A stretch of DNA of 64,000 bases from Eledone cirrhosa. Taxonomy: Eukaryota. Within the stretch, counting starts at the first letter, position 1; each line of letters starts with the position of its first letter. The notes beneath the pieces were generated by a model that did not search any database, was not told the DNA's origin, and worked only from the letters and a program-made list of their open reading frames with translations. Position numbers and translations under genes: made by a program. The DNA lies in assembly GCA_964016885.1 (NCBI GenBank), contig OZ024744.1:66402001-66466000 (forward strand), in the 5' to 3' direction. Positions 39,785 to 51,612 of this stretch are shown one piece after another.

Positions 39785-41426
39785 AGTCTGTTTGATTGCT
39801 AAACATTGTATGTTAGCTCTTTTTATTGGTTGACATGAAAACACAAATGTTGTTCTTCCTCTCCCACTATTATACCACCATGTAGGACTGACTCTCTCTC
39901 TCTCTCCCCACCCCTCTCTCTCTCTCTATCTCTCTCTCACACACACAGCAATTCATCAAAAGATTTATTTAGATGGGTAATTGGTCATTTTCCCTGCTGG
40001 TGGCTTATGAACCCAACATATTGTTCCCCATTTCTCAAAGACACTTTTATGAGTTAGTATGCAAACATTGATAAGCTAAGCTAATATGTTGCTTACTTTT
40101 ATATAACCTCTCTCTCTCTCTCTGTTGTTTGATGTGCCCCTTCAACCTTGACAAGTATCATGCACGTATCATTACACAATTTATCCTGATAACAATGAAA
40201 CCTCTTGCTCAGCATGCTAGCTGACATTTCTCTTACTTAGTGTGATGGAGACATCATTTTCCTACCTATACTAAACCATTGAGACAGCCTCATTCCTCCC
40301 AGTCACTTCTCCCAGACTCTAAGGGTTAGCCAGATTAACTGCAATCCTCTAGTCAGTATACCCTGTCCTATCCTATCTACCCAACTGACCAGTCTAAGAA
40401 AGCAATAATTCTGAATAAAAACTGCACAGAGGATATGTGCTCCTCAAGCTGTAGCGAAAGTGATCAGTTTAGGAGAGTAGAAACTCTGAATATAAAGTAA
40501 TACACAGTGAGGGTCCCCTTTAATTTTATCAGATAATCTGTTTAGAGTAGGTGTAATGATATAATGCATCAGTCCATGTTGTAAAGTAATTTGTAAAAAA
40601 AAAGTGCATTCAGCTATAAAGACATGCTTAAAACATGACACTCAAATTGACGAAAAGTGCTAATTGCATATACAAAGCTAACTTCATGGTGTTGCACAGG
40701 TCAGGTGAGAGCATTTGACCATGTGTGATAACTCCTTGATTTTCATCAAATGATGGCACCAGCTCTCTTCCTTTCAAATGCAGAAAATAGACAACATACA
40801 AGGAAAACGCCATCAGAAACTACATGGCAAGTACAAATCTTTAGAGCTGACACCATCCAGCTTCTGGCATGATGAGAAGTATGTCTAGAGAGATAATAGA
40901 AATGTTAGAATGGGGGTGAGATGTGTACCGTGTACTCAAGGTAAGATGGGGAGGATATTCAGCTGAACACATACACATACAAAGAAAATAGGTACAAATT
41001 TTTTATAGGTGGTGGAGGGAAGTTAATAGTGTTTGTGTTGGTTGAATATAAATAAGTGTGTGTGAGTATGTTTGTCTCTCCTGCTCTTCAATTCACATCT
41101 TAAGTCACTAGGTCAGGTAATGATATTTGTTTATGTCTCACATAAACAAAAGTTTCACAACATACATGTTAAACATGTGAAGATCTGTACTTTCATTTAA
41201 ATAAAAAGTGAGGGCAGGCATCAAGATTGGCATCCAGCCATAGAATTCTGCTTCAAAAAAAGTATCACCCAACCAATGATAGCATGGGAAAACAACTGTG
41301 AAATGATGATGTGGATGATGATGATGACGATGATGATGATGACAATATATATCGATCGATGTTATATGTGCACTAATAAAGATTACATTGCACACATGCA
41401 TGAACAAATTATAAATTAATGACCTA

Positions 41427-41715
41427 TTCTTCTTCGCCCACTTATTCCTGAGAGAGTCATGGGAGCAGAGTTCTCAAACAGTCCTTTCAGCGGGTCCTGT
41501 CAGAAGCAACTGTCTCCAACTCATCCAGCTGGAACCCCAAGCTCATGGAAATCCAACCAAGCTCACGGATGTTATCCAACCATCTTGCTCAGAATCTACC
41601 TCTGAGTCTCCTGCTGGCTGATTTTGTCTGTAAAATATGTCCAGCGATTCTTTCCTGAGATATTCTGAACACATGTCCAGTATATCAGAACTGTGATCCC
41701 TTAATTCAGAGAATT
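41427..41715 (-). mobile_element. Old RTE-like LINE 3' relic
   Basis: Minus strand: RLRGR..RWLDNIRELGW..ELETVASDR, ending in a (GAA)n tail. Confidence 0.55.
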
Positions 41716-41750
41716 ATAACATTTATTAAGCTACTGTTACAGTTTATAAC

Positions 41751-41913
41751 AGGTATGGGAAACCTTTTCCAAGCAGTGGTTTGCATAGGATATGGCCCAT
41801 CGTAAGGCAGGCCACACTATTAAAAAATTCAAGGCAATTTTGAAATTAGGCATGCCATTCAGAAAGCCAAATGGGCTGCTTATGGCTCACAGACCATAGT
41901 CTTCCTGTGACTA
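41751..41913. mobile_element. hAT (Charlie-like) MITE relic
   Basis: CAGGTATGGGAAACCTTTT start and GGGCTGCTTATGGCTCACAGACCATAG end, resembling the CAGGGGTGGGCAAC..GGGCCGCA..GGCCCGCGGGCCGTAG pattern. Confidence 0.45.
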
Positions 41914-41987
41914 GGTTATAAGCCCTAAATTGCAATGAAATGAAGCATATTGACAGGAATTCCAAACATGTATGTTAACACACCGTC

Positions 41988-42706
41988 ACAGCAGTTACAG
42001 TAACAGCAGCAACAATAACAACAATAACAGCAGCAACCACAGCAACAGCAGCATCAACAACAACAACAGCAGCAGCAGTTACAGTAACAGCAGCAACAAT
42101 AACAACAAAAACAGCAGCAACCACAGCAACAGCAGCATCAACAACAACAACAACAACAGCAGCAGCAGTTACAATAACAACAGCAACAATAACAACAATA
42201 ACAGCAGCAACCACAGCAACAACCACAGCAACATCAACAACAACAACAGCAGCAGTTACAGGGTAACAGCAGCAACAATAACAACAATAACAGCAACAGC
42301 AGCATCAACAACAACAACAGCAGCAGCAGTTACAGTAACAGCAGCAACAATAACAACAATAACAGCAGCAATAGCAGCAACAACAACAACAGCAGCAGTT
42401 ACAGTAACAGGAGCAACAATAACAACAGCAACAGCAGCAACCACAGCAACACAGCAGCATCAACAACAACAACAACAGCAGCAGTTACAGTAACATTAGC
42501 AACAATAACAGCAGCAATAGCAGTAACAGCAACAACAACAACAACACCATCAGCAGTTACAGTAACAGCAGCAACAATAACAACATCAGCAGCAACAATA
42601 ACAACAATAACAGCAGCAACCAGCACAGCAACAACAGCATCAACAACAACAACAGCAGCTAGTTACAGTAACAGCAGCAACAATAACAACAATAACAGCA
42701 GCAACC

Positions 42707-42742
<36 letters not shown>

Positions 42743-42970
42743 GCAGTTACAGCAGCAACAATAACAACAACAACAGAGCAGTTACAACAACAACAACAGC
42801 AGCAACAGCAACAGCAACCAACACAACAACAACAACACAACAACAACAACAACAACAACAACAACAGCAGCAGTTACAGTAACAGCAACAATATCAACAA
42901 TAACAGCAGCAACAGCAGCAACCACAGCAACAACAACAACAACAGCAATAGCAGCAACAGTAACCAACAA
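41988..42970. repeat. Degenerate CAA/CAG repeat with a higher-order unit
   Basis: Recurrent AGCAGCAGTTACAGTAACAGCAGCAACAATAACAAC. Confidence 0.9.
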
Positions 42971-43279
42971 AAAACAAAACAATAAATAAATTAAAAAAAG
43001 ACTTTCTGAAATGAGATATATTTAAATGTTTATCTTCTATTTAACAAAACTATTTAATCTGTGCAAGTATATTGCTTCACAGATAAGTTAAGTAAATCAT
43101 TAGCCACTTATGGTTATTAGTGTAAGCTATTTACAAATAACCAGTATAGTAAGGTGTAACAACGAAACACCTCCATCCAACACCGAAGACGAAAATTAAT
43201 CCCAAGAATATGATGAGTAAAGTATATAAAGTAGTGGTTGAGAATTACATATATATATATATATATATATATTGAGAAT

Positions 43280-43321
<42 letters not shown>

Positions 43322-43366
43322 TATATACAGAGGAGAATTACATATATATATATATATATTGAGAAT

Positions 43367-43399
<33 letters not shown>

Positions 43400-43402
<3 letters not shown>

Positions 43403-43637
43403 GGAGACTGAGGTTAGCTGGACATGCTCACCGACATCCAGAGTTGACATTGCACTCAGTACTCCTTTGGGAGCCCCTACATGGACACACTAGAAGAGGA
43501 AGACCAAGGTTAACGTATGTTGATGTCCTAAGGACAGACACTGGTCTGTTGGAGATGCAGGACATGGCAGGGGATAATGAGGGACAGAGACCGCTGGAGA
43601 GAACTCGTCCATGGATCTCGGGAATTTTACCCGCCTT

Positions 43638-43639
<2 letters not shown>
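43400..43639 (+). mobile_element. 3' fragment of another RTE-like LINE family
   Basis: [49 protein letters not shown] second copy lies at 48601-48754 (minus strand). Confidence 0.8.
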
Positions 43640-43684
<45 letters not shown>

Positions 43685-43718
43685 ATTATATATATATATT
43701 ATATATATATATTATATA

Positions 43719-43807
<89 letters not shown>

Positions 43808-43815
43808 ATTATATA

Positions 43816-43934
<119 letters not shown>

Positions 43935-44016
43935 ATATTATATATATATATATATTCACCTCTTGGACGAGAATGCGAGCACTCCTCATTGTTTCGACCG
44001 CGGACGGCTAACATAA

Positions 44017-44762
44017 ACCCATCGCCCCCCGCCCCCCCACCGCCCCCAACCCCCAAACGCAATCCAAAACTTCAGAGTTGGTACCATAAATGTAGGCACC
44101 CTAAAGGGTCGCGCTAACGAGGTTGTAGAAATGCTTGAACGTAAGGAGGTCGATGTTTGTTGTATTCAAGAGATCAGGTGGAGGGGTGGGTCTGCTAGGT
44201 TCATTGAGGGTAAAAAACGATGTTATAAGCTTTTCTGGGTGGGAAACGACGATGGGCTGGGTGGAGTAGGAATCATGGTAGCAGAAAAGTGGGCAGATAA
44301 GATAATAGACGTAAATAGAGTGAACGACAGAATAATTAAAATAAGACTTGTCCTCAATAGAACCACGGTGACAATAATATCTGCATATGCACCCCAATCC
44401 GGACTGCCCGGCACTATAAAAGACAGATTCTATGAGACACTGATGCTAACTACCTCCCAAATATCCGACAGTGACTATATAATTATCGCAGGCGACCTAA
44501 ATGGTCACGTTGGACAACATTGTGACGGCTACGACGAAATCCATGGAGGCTATGGGTTTGGTACTAGAAATGAGGAAGGCTCCAGAATCCTGGAATTCTG
44601 TGATGCAAATAACCTAACTATCTGTAACACTAACTTCAAAAAACGTGACAATCACCTGATCACCTATAGATCCGGGGAACACACAAGCCAGGTAGATTAT
44701 ATCCTTACCAGAAGACGTGACAGAGTGTCTGTTGTAAACACTAAATCCCCCCCCCCCCCCCC
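44017..44762 (+). CDS. LINE APE-like endonuclease domain (the frame is open upstream of the annotated ATG at 44131)
   Basis: FRVGTINVGTL, VCCIQE, ISAYAPQ, AGDLNGHVG, NTNF and SQVDYIL. Ends at the C16 run 44747-44762. Confidence 0.92.
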
Positions 44763-47110
44763 ATGAAGAATGCACCTCCCAACATAGACTGATAATTAGC
44801 GACCTCATAGTCAGGACGAGACGTACTCGACAGCAGAAGAGGACTATCCTCAGGAGAAAAATATGGAAGCTAAAGGACCCCACAGCCAGGAATAAATTTC
44901 AAAGCATATTACTTGATGCTTTCGACAGTAAGGAAGAACATTTAGAGTCGGACAATATAGAGGGAGAGTGGGAATTTCTGAAAGCAAACCTGCTGTTGGC
45001 GACAGACGAAGTCTGTGGCTGGAGCAGGCCTGTAGGCAGGAGGAGAGTAACATGGTGGTGGAACAGTAAGGTGGAGGGGTCAATTAAGGCCAAAAAGCAG
45101 GCTTGGAAAGTATGGCGGGATGGGGGAAGTAGAGAAGACTATCAAGTGGCCAGGAGGGAAGCTAGGAGACAAGTGTACTTAGCAAGAAGGGAAGCTGAGG
45201 AAAGAAAGTTCAAGCATGTTCTACAACGCGATGACCAAAAACGTGAGGTGTTCAGGATTGCTAGGCAATGCGTCAAGGAAAACCGTGATATTGTCGGGGA
45301 GAAGTGTGTACTAAACGACGATGGCACACTTGCCATCACCGACGCTGATAAGAAGGTAGCTTGGAAGTGTCACTATGAAAGGCTACTAAATGAGGAGAAT
45401 AAATGGGAGAAAAACAGTCTCCCCCATATCGACCCAATAGAGGGACCAGCAGTGTTAGTCGAGGGGAGTATAATAAGTAAGGCAATCAAGGATATGAAGA
45501 CGGGTAAGGCGGCTGGGCCTTCGGAAATAGTTGCTGAGATGCTGAAGGCATCTGGCACGGTGGGACACACCATGGTCACCCGCATAGTTAACCAAGTCGT
45601 ACAGAATGGGGTTGTTCCGAAGGACTGGCATAGCAGCATCATCGTTAACTGTTATAAGGGTAAAGGAGACGCCCTAGATAGGAGTAACTATAGAGGCATT
45701 AAATTAATCGACCAGGTCATGAAGGTCACGGAAAAAGTAATAGCGCAACTAATCAGAGAGAGAATTGACCTAGATGAAATGCAGTTCGGGTTTGTGTCAG
45801 GCAAAAGTACCACAGACGCTCTTTTCATAGTACAACTACAGGAGAAGTACCTAGCTAAAGGTAAACCCCTCTACTTAGCTTTTGTCGACTTGGAGAAAGC
45901 CTTCGACAGAGTCCCCCGCTCCATTATCTGGTGGGCTCTTAGAAAACTAGGTGTTGACGAATGGCTTGTGAGGGCTATACAAGCCATGTATAAAGAAACA
46001 GTCAGCAAGGTTAGAATTAACAACGAATATAGTGAAGAGTTTAGCGTAAAAGTTGGCGTCCATCAGGGCTCTGTTCTCAGCCCCCTACTATTTATTATTG
46101 CCCTTCAGGCTATAACAGAGGAGTTCAAGACAGGCTGCCCATGGGAACTCCTATACGCAGACGACCTGACACTCATAGCGGAATCAATGGCCGAGCTAGA
46201 GAAGAAATTCCAAACATGGAAGCACGGCCTAGAGTCAAAAGGACTTAACATTAACCTGGCTAAGACCAAAGTACTAGTTTGTAGGAAAGAAAACAAGGCG
46301 GCGGTCCCTTCTGGGAAATGGTCGTGCTCGGTGTGTAGGAAAGGCGTAGGTAGAAACTCCATTTTATGTCCTAAATGCAAAGTATGGGTGCATAAAAGAT
46401 GTAGTGGGATCACAGGTAAGCTAACTAAGAACATAGATTTTACATGTGGCCGGTGCTCTGGTGCAATAAGTAGCAGCAAGTGCCCACAAAATACTAGCTC
46501 TTTCAATTGCGCAGAGGGTTCTATAGAAATAGTGGACAGCTTCCGTTACCTGGGCGATAAAATCAGCAGTGGGGGAGGGTGCTCTGAAAGTACTGTAGCT
46601 AGAGTCAGAACTGGTTGGAAAAAGTTCAGAGAGCTTATACCACTATTAGCTGCTAAAGGGTTCTCCCTAAAAATGAAAGGCAGGTTGTATGATGCCTGCA
46701 TACGAACAGCAATGCTGCATGGCAGTGAGACCTGGGCATTGTGTGCAGAGGATATACGCAGACTAGAGAGGAACGAAGCTTGCATGCTCCGCTGGATGTG
46801 TAACAGTAATATACGTGAACGGCAAAGCATAAACGAACTAAGGAAAAAATTAGAGATAAGAGGAATCAGATGTTGTTTACTCGAGAGAAGGCTACGTTGG
46901 TATGGACACGTGATGCGCATGAAAGTCGATAGCTGTATAACAAAGTGCAGGGCAATAAAGATAGACGGTAGTCACGGAATAGGCAGACCTAGAAAAACCT
47001 GGGACGAGCTGATAAACTCCGACATCACACACTTACACCTCTCCAAGACAATGTCACTGGACCGAGACCTTTGGCGGTACTCAGTAACAGAGAAGACCCG
47101 CCTTACCTAA
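44762..47110 (+). CDS. LINE reverse transcriptase with an internal C4HC3 (PHD-type) finger
   Basis: The frame is open from HEECTSQHRL into the 704-aa ORF. Motifs: GKAAGP, YRGIKL, QFGF, FVDLEKAFD, HQGSVLSP, YADD (46154-46165), KTKV, PHD (46325-46456), FRYLG, RLRWYGHV. Confidence 0.95.
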   Translation, partial: HEECTSQHRLIISDLIVRTRRTRQQKRTILRRKIWKLKDPTARNKFQSILLDAFDSKEEHLESDNIEGEWEFLKANLLLATDEVCGWSRPVGRRRVTWWWNSKVEGSIKAKKQAWKVWRDGGSREDYQVARREARRQVYLARREAEERKFKHVLQRDDQKREVFRIARQCVKENRDIVGEKCVLNDDGTLAITDADKKVAWKCHYERLLNEENKWEKNSLPHIDPIEGPAVLVEGSIISKAIKDMKTGKAAGPSEIVAEMLKASGTVGHTMVTRIVNQVVQNGVVPKDWHSSIIVNCYKGKGDALDRSNYRGIKLIDQVMKVTEKVIAQLIRERIDLDEMQFGFVSGKSTTDALFIVQLQEKYLAKGKPLYLAFVDLEKAFDRVPRSIIWWALRKLGVDEWLVRAIQAMYKETVSKVRINNEYSEEFSVKVGVHQGSVLSPLLFIIALQAITEEFKTGCPWELLYADDLTLIAESMAELEKKFQTWKHGLESKGLNINLAKTKVLVCRKENKAAVPSGKWSCSVCRKGVGRNSILCPKCKVWVHKRCSGITGKLTKNIDFTCGRCSGAISSSKCPQNTSSFNCAEGSIEIVDSFRYLGDKISSGGGCSESTVARVRTGWKKFRELIPLLAAKGFSLKMKGRLYDACIRTAMLHGSETWALCAEDIRRLERNEACMLRWMCNSNIRERQSINELRKKLEIRGIRCCLLERRLRWYGHVMRMKVDSCITKCRAIKIDGSHGIGRPRKTWDELINSDITHLHLSKTMSLDRDLWRYSVTEKTRLT

Positions 47111-47684
47111 ATATATAGTAAAACCTACTCCAGCCAGTAGGCATCTCTAACAAAATACACCCCGTCCCACCACCACCACCCCCACCCCATCCACACCACC
47201 CCGTTCTATGTAAAGTTATGTTGGTGCCGCGCCATCCAGGCTGAAACAAATGAGATCGTGTAGGTGTCACGACAAAAAAACACACAGTCCACGCTGTAAT
47301 GTGGCCGTGTAGGTAACACGGTAAAAACCTCCCAGACCCACACTGTAAATGTGGTTGGTGTTAGGAAGGGCATCCAACTGTAGAAAACCCGCCAGACAGT
47401 CCTATGCGAGCAAGACAATCACTCTTGCCTCAAGTGGGACTACCCCCGTCCAAACCCATGCAAGCGTGGAACACGGACGTTAAACGTTGATGATGATATA
47501 TATATATATATATATATATACGTATCCGCCACCACCCTTACACACCTCACACCCTTCCACCACTTGTTCATCTTATTGTTTATTCTTACGTTTATTTTTA
47601 TTTTTATTTTTATTTGTTCTCCTTCCCCCTTTTTTCTAAATGTATTTCCACACACCCTCGGAACTCTCTTCCTAACCTATTTAC

Positions 47685-47716
47685 TCCTGAAGAAGAACTT
47701 ATGCCCGAAATGTCGA
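47685..47716 (+). ncRNA. Degenerate minimal hammerhead at the end of a probable PLE relic (~47520-47720)
   Basis: UC CUGAAGA AGAAC-UUAU-GCCC GAAA U GUC GA. The core boxes are present but stem II is disrupted. Confidence 0.55.
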
Positions 47717-47750
47717 CCCCCCCCCCCCTCACACTCGCAAGAGTGCGAAC

Positions 47751-47797
<47 letters not shown>

Positions 47798-47961
47798 ATA
47801 TATATATATATATTTGTCCTGGGTATGACATTAAACTACATCCAGTGGCAAGGCTCGAGTTCACGAGCTGTGGGTAATGTGGAGTTACCCATTAGTTGTC
47901 TTAACTCCCAGGTCTACTCTGGCCCGGAGTAGTAGTACCTGTTAGGGCCTTTTACCTTAAT

Positions 47962-48578
47962 ATGTCAGGTCACCAGTTGGTGCTACTGGTAACATGTATC
48001 CCAGTACAACCCGTCTCATGGTCGGGTCGTTGGCGACTAAACTGGCAACCCCACCAAGGTTTCTTGGTGAGGAGGGTGACTTTGGACATCCTGCAGGACT
48101 AAAAACAAAACCTGTCAAAGGGCAAAGGACCTCTTAAGAGTCAATGGCCATCCAAAATCACCGGGAGAGATGACCCCTTAGCCTTTGTCAAGGCAGAATT
48201 CTAGGAGAAGGAAAACTCTGATATAACACCTGCAACCCTGATGGTATCCAATGATGTTGACTTGTTCTTCTTTTTGGTAAATATCATCTTGGTTAAGAGA
48301 GTGGGACTGGCTTTGTGCAGTGCCTTTGCTCACTATAAAAGCTTCACGGCACAGGCATTGCTTTATATCTGGAGATCTCTGATCTCTCTGCACTTGTCGT
48401 CACATGGTACCATGGGCCCAGCACTATGTGTCAATAACTGTCACAGGTGTAGTGTTTGTACCAGAGTTTTCAAGTCGGTGGCGGGACTAAAAAGTCACAC
48501 TTGTTCAGCGCATCGGTAGGGGTTCTCCTACATGGACATAAAGTAGTGGCCGTACTCGAAAACGAGTTGGCAGCCACC
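47962..48578 (+). mobile_element. Bipartite RTE derivative, copy 4 (full length)
   Basis: Same 5' start (ATGTCAGGTCACCAG) and 3' end (GCAGCCACC) as copy 1. Confidence 0.85.
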
Positions 48579-48600
48579 ATATATATATATATCTATCTAT

Positions 48601-48754
48601 CTAAGGCGGGTAAAATTCCCGAGATCCATGGACGAGTTCTCTCCAGCGGTCTCTGTCCCTCATTATCGCTGCCATATCCTGCATCTCCAACAGACCAGTG
48701 TCTGTCCTTCGGACATCAACATACGTTAACCTTGGTCTTCCTCTTCTAGTGTGT
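48601..48754 (-). mobile_element. RTE-like LINE 3' fragment
   Basis: Reverse complement of ~43485-43639 with few differences. Confidence 0.8.
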
Positions 48755-48819
48755 CAAGGAAATGATGAAATGAATATAATTCCAACAGCACGTAAAACAC
48801 ATTATATTATATGTATATA

Positions 48820-49897
48820 CTAGCATAAATGGTATACACAACTGCTATTTAATACTCGGCGTTGCTCGGGTATTAAATAGCAGTTGTGTATACCATTTAT
48901 GTCAATACTTCAGTGCTTCTTCGAAAACTATACTTTTACAAAATCATCGGCTTTCTCCAACATGTGCCAATTACGAGAGTTCACATTCATCTGTAGGACA
49001 AACGTAGCCCATGTGTCAAGTTTTGTGAAAATTGGTTGCGAACTCCAGAGGTTATGACGTTTTGTTGCATTGCACTGCTCTGTTTCAGTCGACTCCAAGG
49101 AAGTGGTTAAAGGAGGTTATCTGCCGGGAGGCCCTATAATCAATATCTGGAAAAATGACAGTGCCCATGACCATCCGGAGTACATAAGAAACCTATGTCT
49201 TAAGTTTGGTGAAAATACTGTAGAAATGCATAAGGTTTATACACGCGCGCGCTCGTGTGTGTGTGTATATGTGTGTATGTGTGTGTGTGGGGCGGGGGGG
49301 GGTATGTATTTGTGTGTGCGTATGTATGTGTATGTCCGTCGGGGCATACGTATGTATTGGCCTAAATCTTCACTATTTACTTTTACTATTTTAATAACCT
49401 CTGTCATTTTCGTTTTCAATTTTATTTACATCATTCTTAAACTCCGCTGGAAATCATTCTGTTATGTTAAATAGAATATTAGTCTAACGACTCCATTTAT
49501 ACCATAAACTTGGTCTTGTCTTTGCATGAAATTGTTCTTTACACTCCACATAACGACGTATTATCCTCGCTTTTTTTCTCGTTCATTGCCAGGGAATGTC
49601 TTCACGAACCAAAGTAACGTCTTCCTGTTTTCCTTCGGTTGGAACGTTTCTCGAAATATTTACTTCTGCGTTCACAGATTACTCTCAGTTCAATTTGAAT
49701 GGGAAATTCCTGTTTCATCGATTTTCTCCGTAACCATGGAAGCTTGTACCCTAAAAGTCGACCCAACGCTTCCTCAGGTCATTCTGCATAACTGTGTAAA
49801 TTTTCGGTGCATTCCACCAAGCCATTTCGACGTTTATCCGACTACACCTACTTACTTAAATATACAACGTCCGACCACTTCCAATTTAAATAGTAGA
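48820..49897 (-). mobile_element. Non-autonomous Helitron
   Basis: On the minus strand it starts A|TC (49897) and ends CTAG|T (48820), with a subterminal hairpin around ACTCGGCGTTGCTCGGGT. Internal repeats of AAGTTT.GTGAAAAT. Confidence 0.65.
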
Positions 49898-50007
49898 TAT
49901 ATATAGTGAAAGAGTGCAGAATAACATGATCGGCTGTATGTTAAAATTATCCAGAGTACAGAGGCTCACAACCCCTAACTGGATTACTTAAAATGATAAC
50001 TTGTTAT

Positions 50008-50072
<65 letters not shown>

Positions 50073-50096
50073 TTATATATATATTTATATATATAT

Positions 50097-50287
50097 GTAA
50101 AGAAAAAAACATGAAATCGAAAATGCAACTGGAGTCTTATTTTTTAAAATATATATATATATTTATTTGGTTCCTTTACCGGTCTCACATCTGTGAGAAA
50201 AACCACCAGAAGAAGCCAAATAAATATATATATTTTTTTAAAAATAAGACTCCAGTTGCATTTTCGATTTCATCTTTTTTCTTTATA
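50097..50287. repeat. Inverted repeat, ~75-bp arms
   Basis: ATGAAATCGAAAATGCAACTGGAGTCTTATTTTT versus AAAAATAAGACTCCAGTTGCATTTTCGATTTCAT. Confidence 0.85.
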
Positions 50288-50370
50288 CTTTCACTCGTGT
50301 AGGACACCTCGGTTATTTTTCATTTTGTAAAAAAAACCTCACTTTCTAATATATATATATATATATAATA

Positions 50371-50417
<47 letters not shown>

Positions 50418-50467
50418 AATATATTTATAAATGTATATATAAATATATATTTAAATATATTTATATA

Positions 50468-50498
<31 letters not shown>

Positions 50499-50897
50499 TT
50501 AAATATATTTATATATATATGTATATATATATATTTATATTTATAAATGTATATATATATATATTTAAATTTATTTATATATATATGTATATATATATAT
50601 ATATTTATATTTATAAATGTATATATATATATATTTAAATATATTTATATATATATGTATATATATATATTTATATTTATAAATGTATATATATATATAT
50701 TTAAATTTATTTATATATATATGTATATATATATATATATTTATATTTATAAATGTATATATATATATATATATATATTTATATTTATAAATGTATATAT
50801 ATATTTATATTTATAAATGTATATATATATATATATTTAAATTTATTTATATATATATATATAAATTTATTTATATATAATTATATATATATGTATT

Positions 50898-50939
<42 letters not shown>

Positions 50940-50957
50940 TATATATATATATATATA

Positions 50958-51132
<175 letters not shown>

Positions 51133-51151
51133 ATATATATATACATACACA

Positions 51152-51541
51152 TGAAGGCGCATGGCTTAGTGGTTAGAGCATTGGCCTTGCAATCGAAAGG
51201 TTGTGAGTTCAATTCTCTGACCGAGTGATGTGTTGTTTCCTTGAGCAAGACACTTTATTTCACATTGCTCCAATTTATTCAGCTGTAGAAATGAGATGAT
51301 AGGGACTCAGATCCCTATCATTCTACTACAAAGTGGTTGTGGAGGTGCCACAGCAAAAAAAAAGCACCCAGCCCACACTGTAAAGTGGACATGTAGGCGC
51401 CACGGAAAAAAAGCACCCAGCACTTCACTGTAAATAAGGTTGGTGTTAGGAAGGGCATTCAGCTGTAGAAACCAAGCCAGAATCAGTTCCCGTCCCACCC
51501 TTGCAAGCAGGGAAAAGGCGGACTTAAAATGATGATGATGA
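51152..51541 (+). mobile_element. CORE-type SINE with RTE 3' tail, full length
   Basis: GAAGGCGCATGGCTTAGTGG head through the (GAT)n tail. Confidence 0.87.
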
Positions 51542-51612
51542 TATATATACATATAAGTATGTATATGCATATATATATATATATATACTTATTTATATAT
51601 ATATGTATTTAT

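Larger units (their letters stand above)
43955..47497 (+). mobile_element. Nearly complete RTE-clade LINE, 5' end probably truncated, embedded in (TA)n
   Basis: APE and RT coding regions, a ~390-bp 3' UTR, a (GAT)n tail, and (TA)n on both flanks. Confidence 0.96.

Noticed and set aside
40628-40813. Tc1/mariner relic (SPDL motif)
   Set aside because: It is a single short motif without supporting DDE residues or TIRs.
41972-42982. Poly-N/S/T/Q protein
   Set aside because: This is a triplet-repeat artefact; the frame shifts within the array and there is no splice or domain evidence.
46105-46920. Antisense ORFs over the LINE RT
   Set aside because: They are shadow frames of the RT, broken at different places in sister copies.
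47968-48105. Canonical HDV-like or twister ribozyme
   Set aside because: A P1-like helix with a G-U pair is possible, but the L3/P1.1 and twister core residues do not fit. It is kept only as an unclassified structure.
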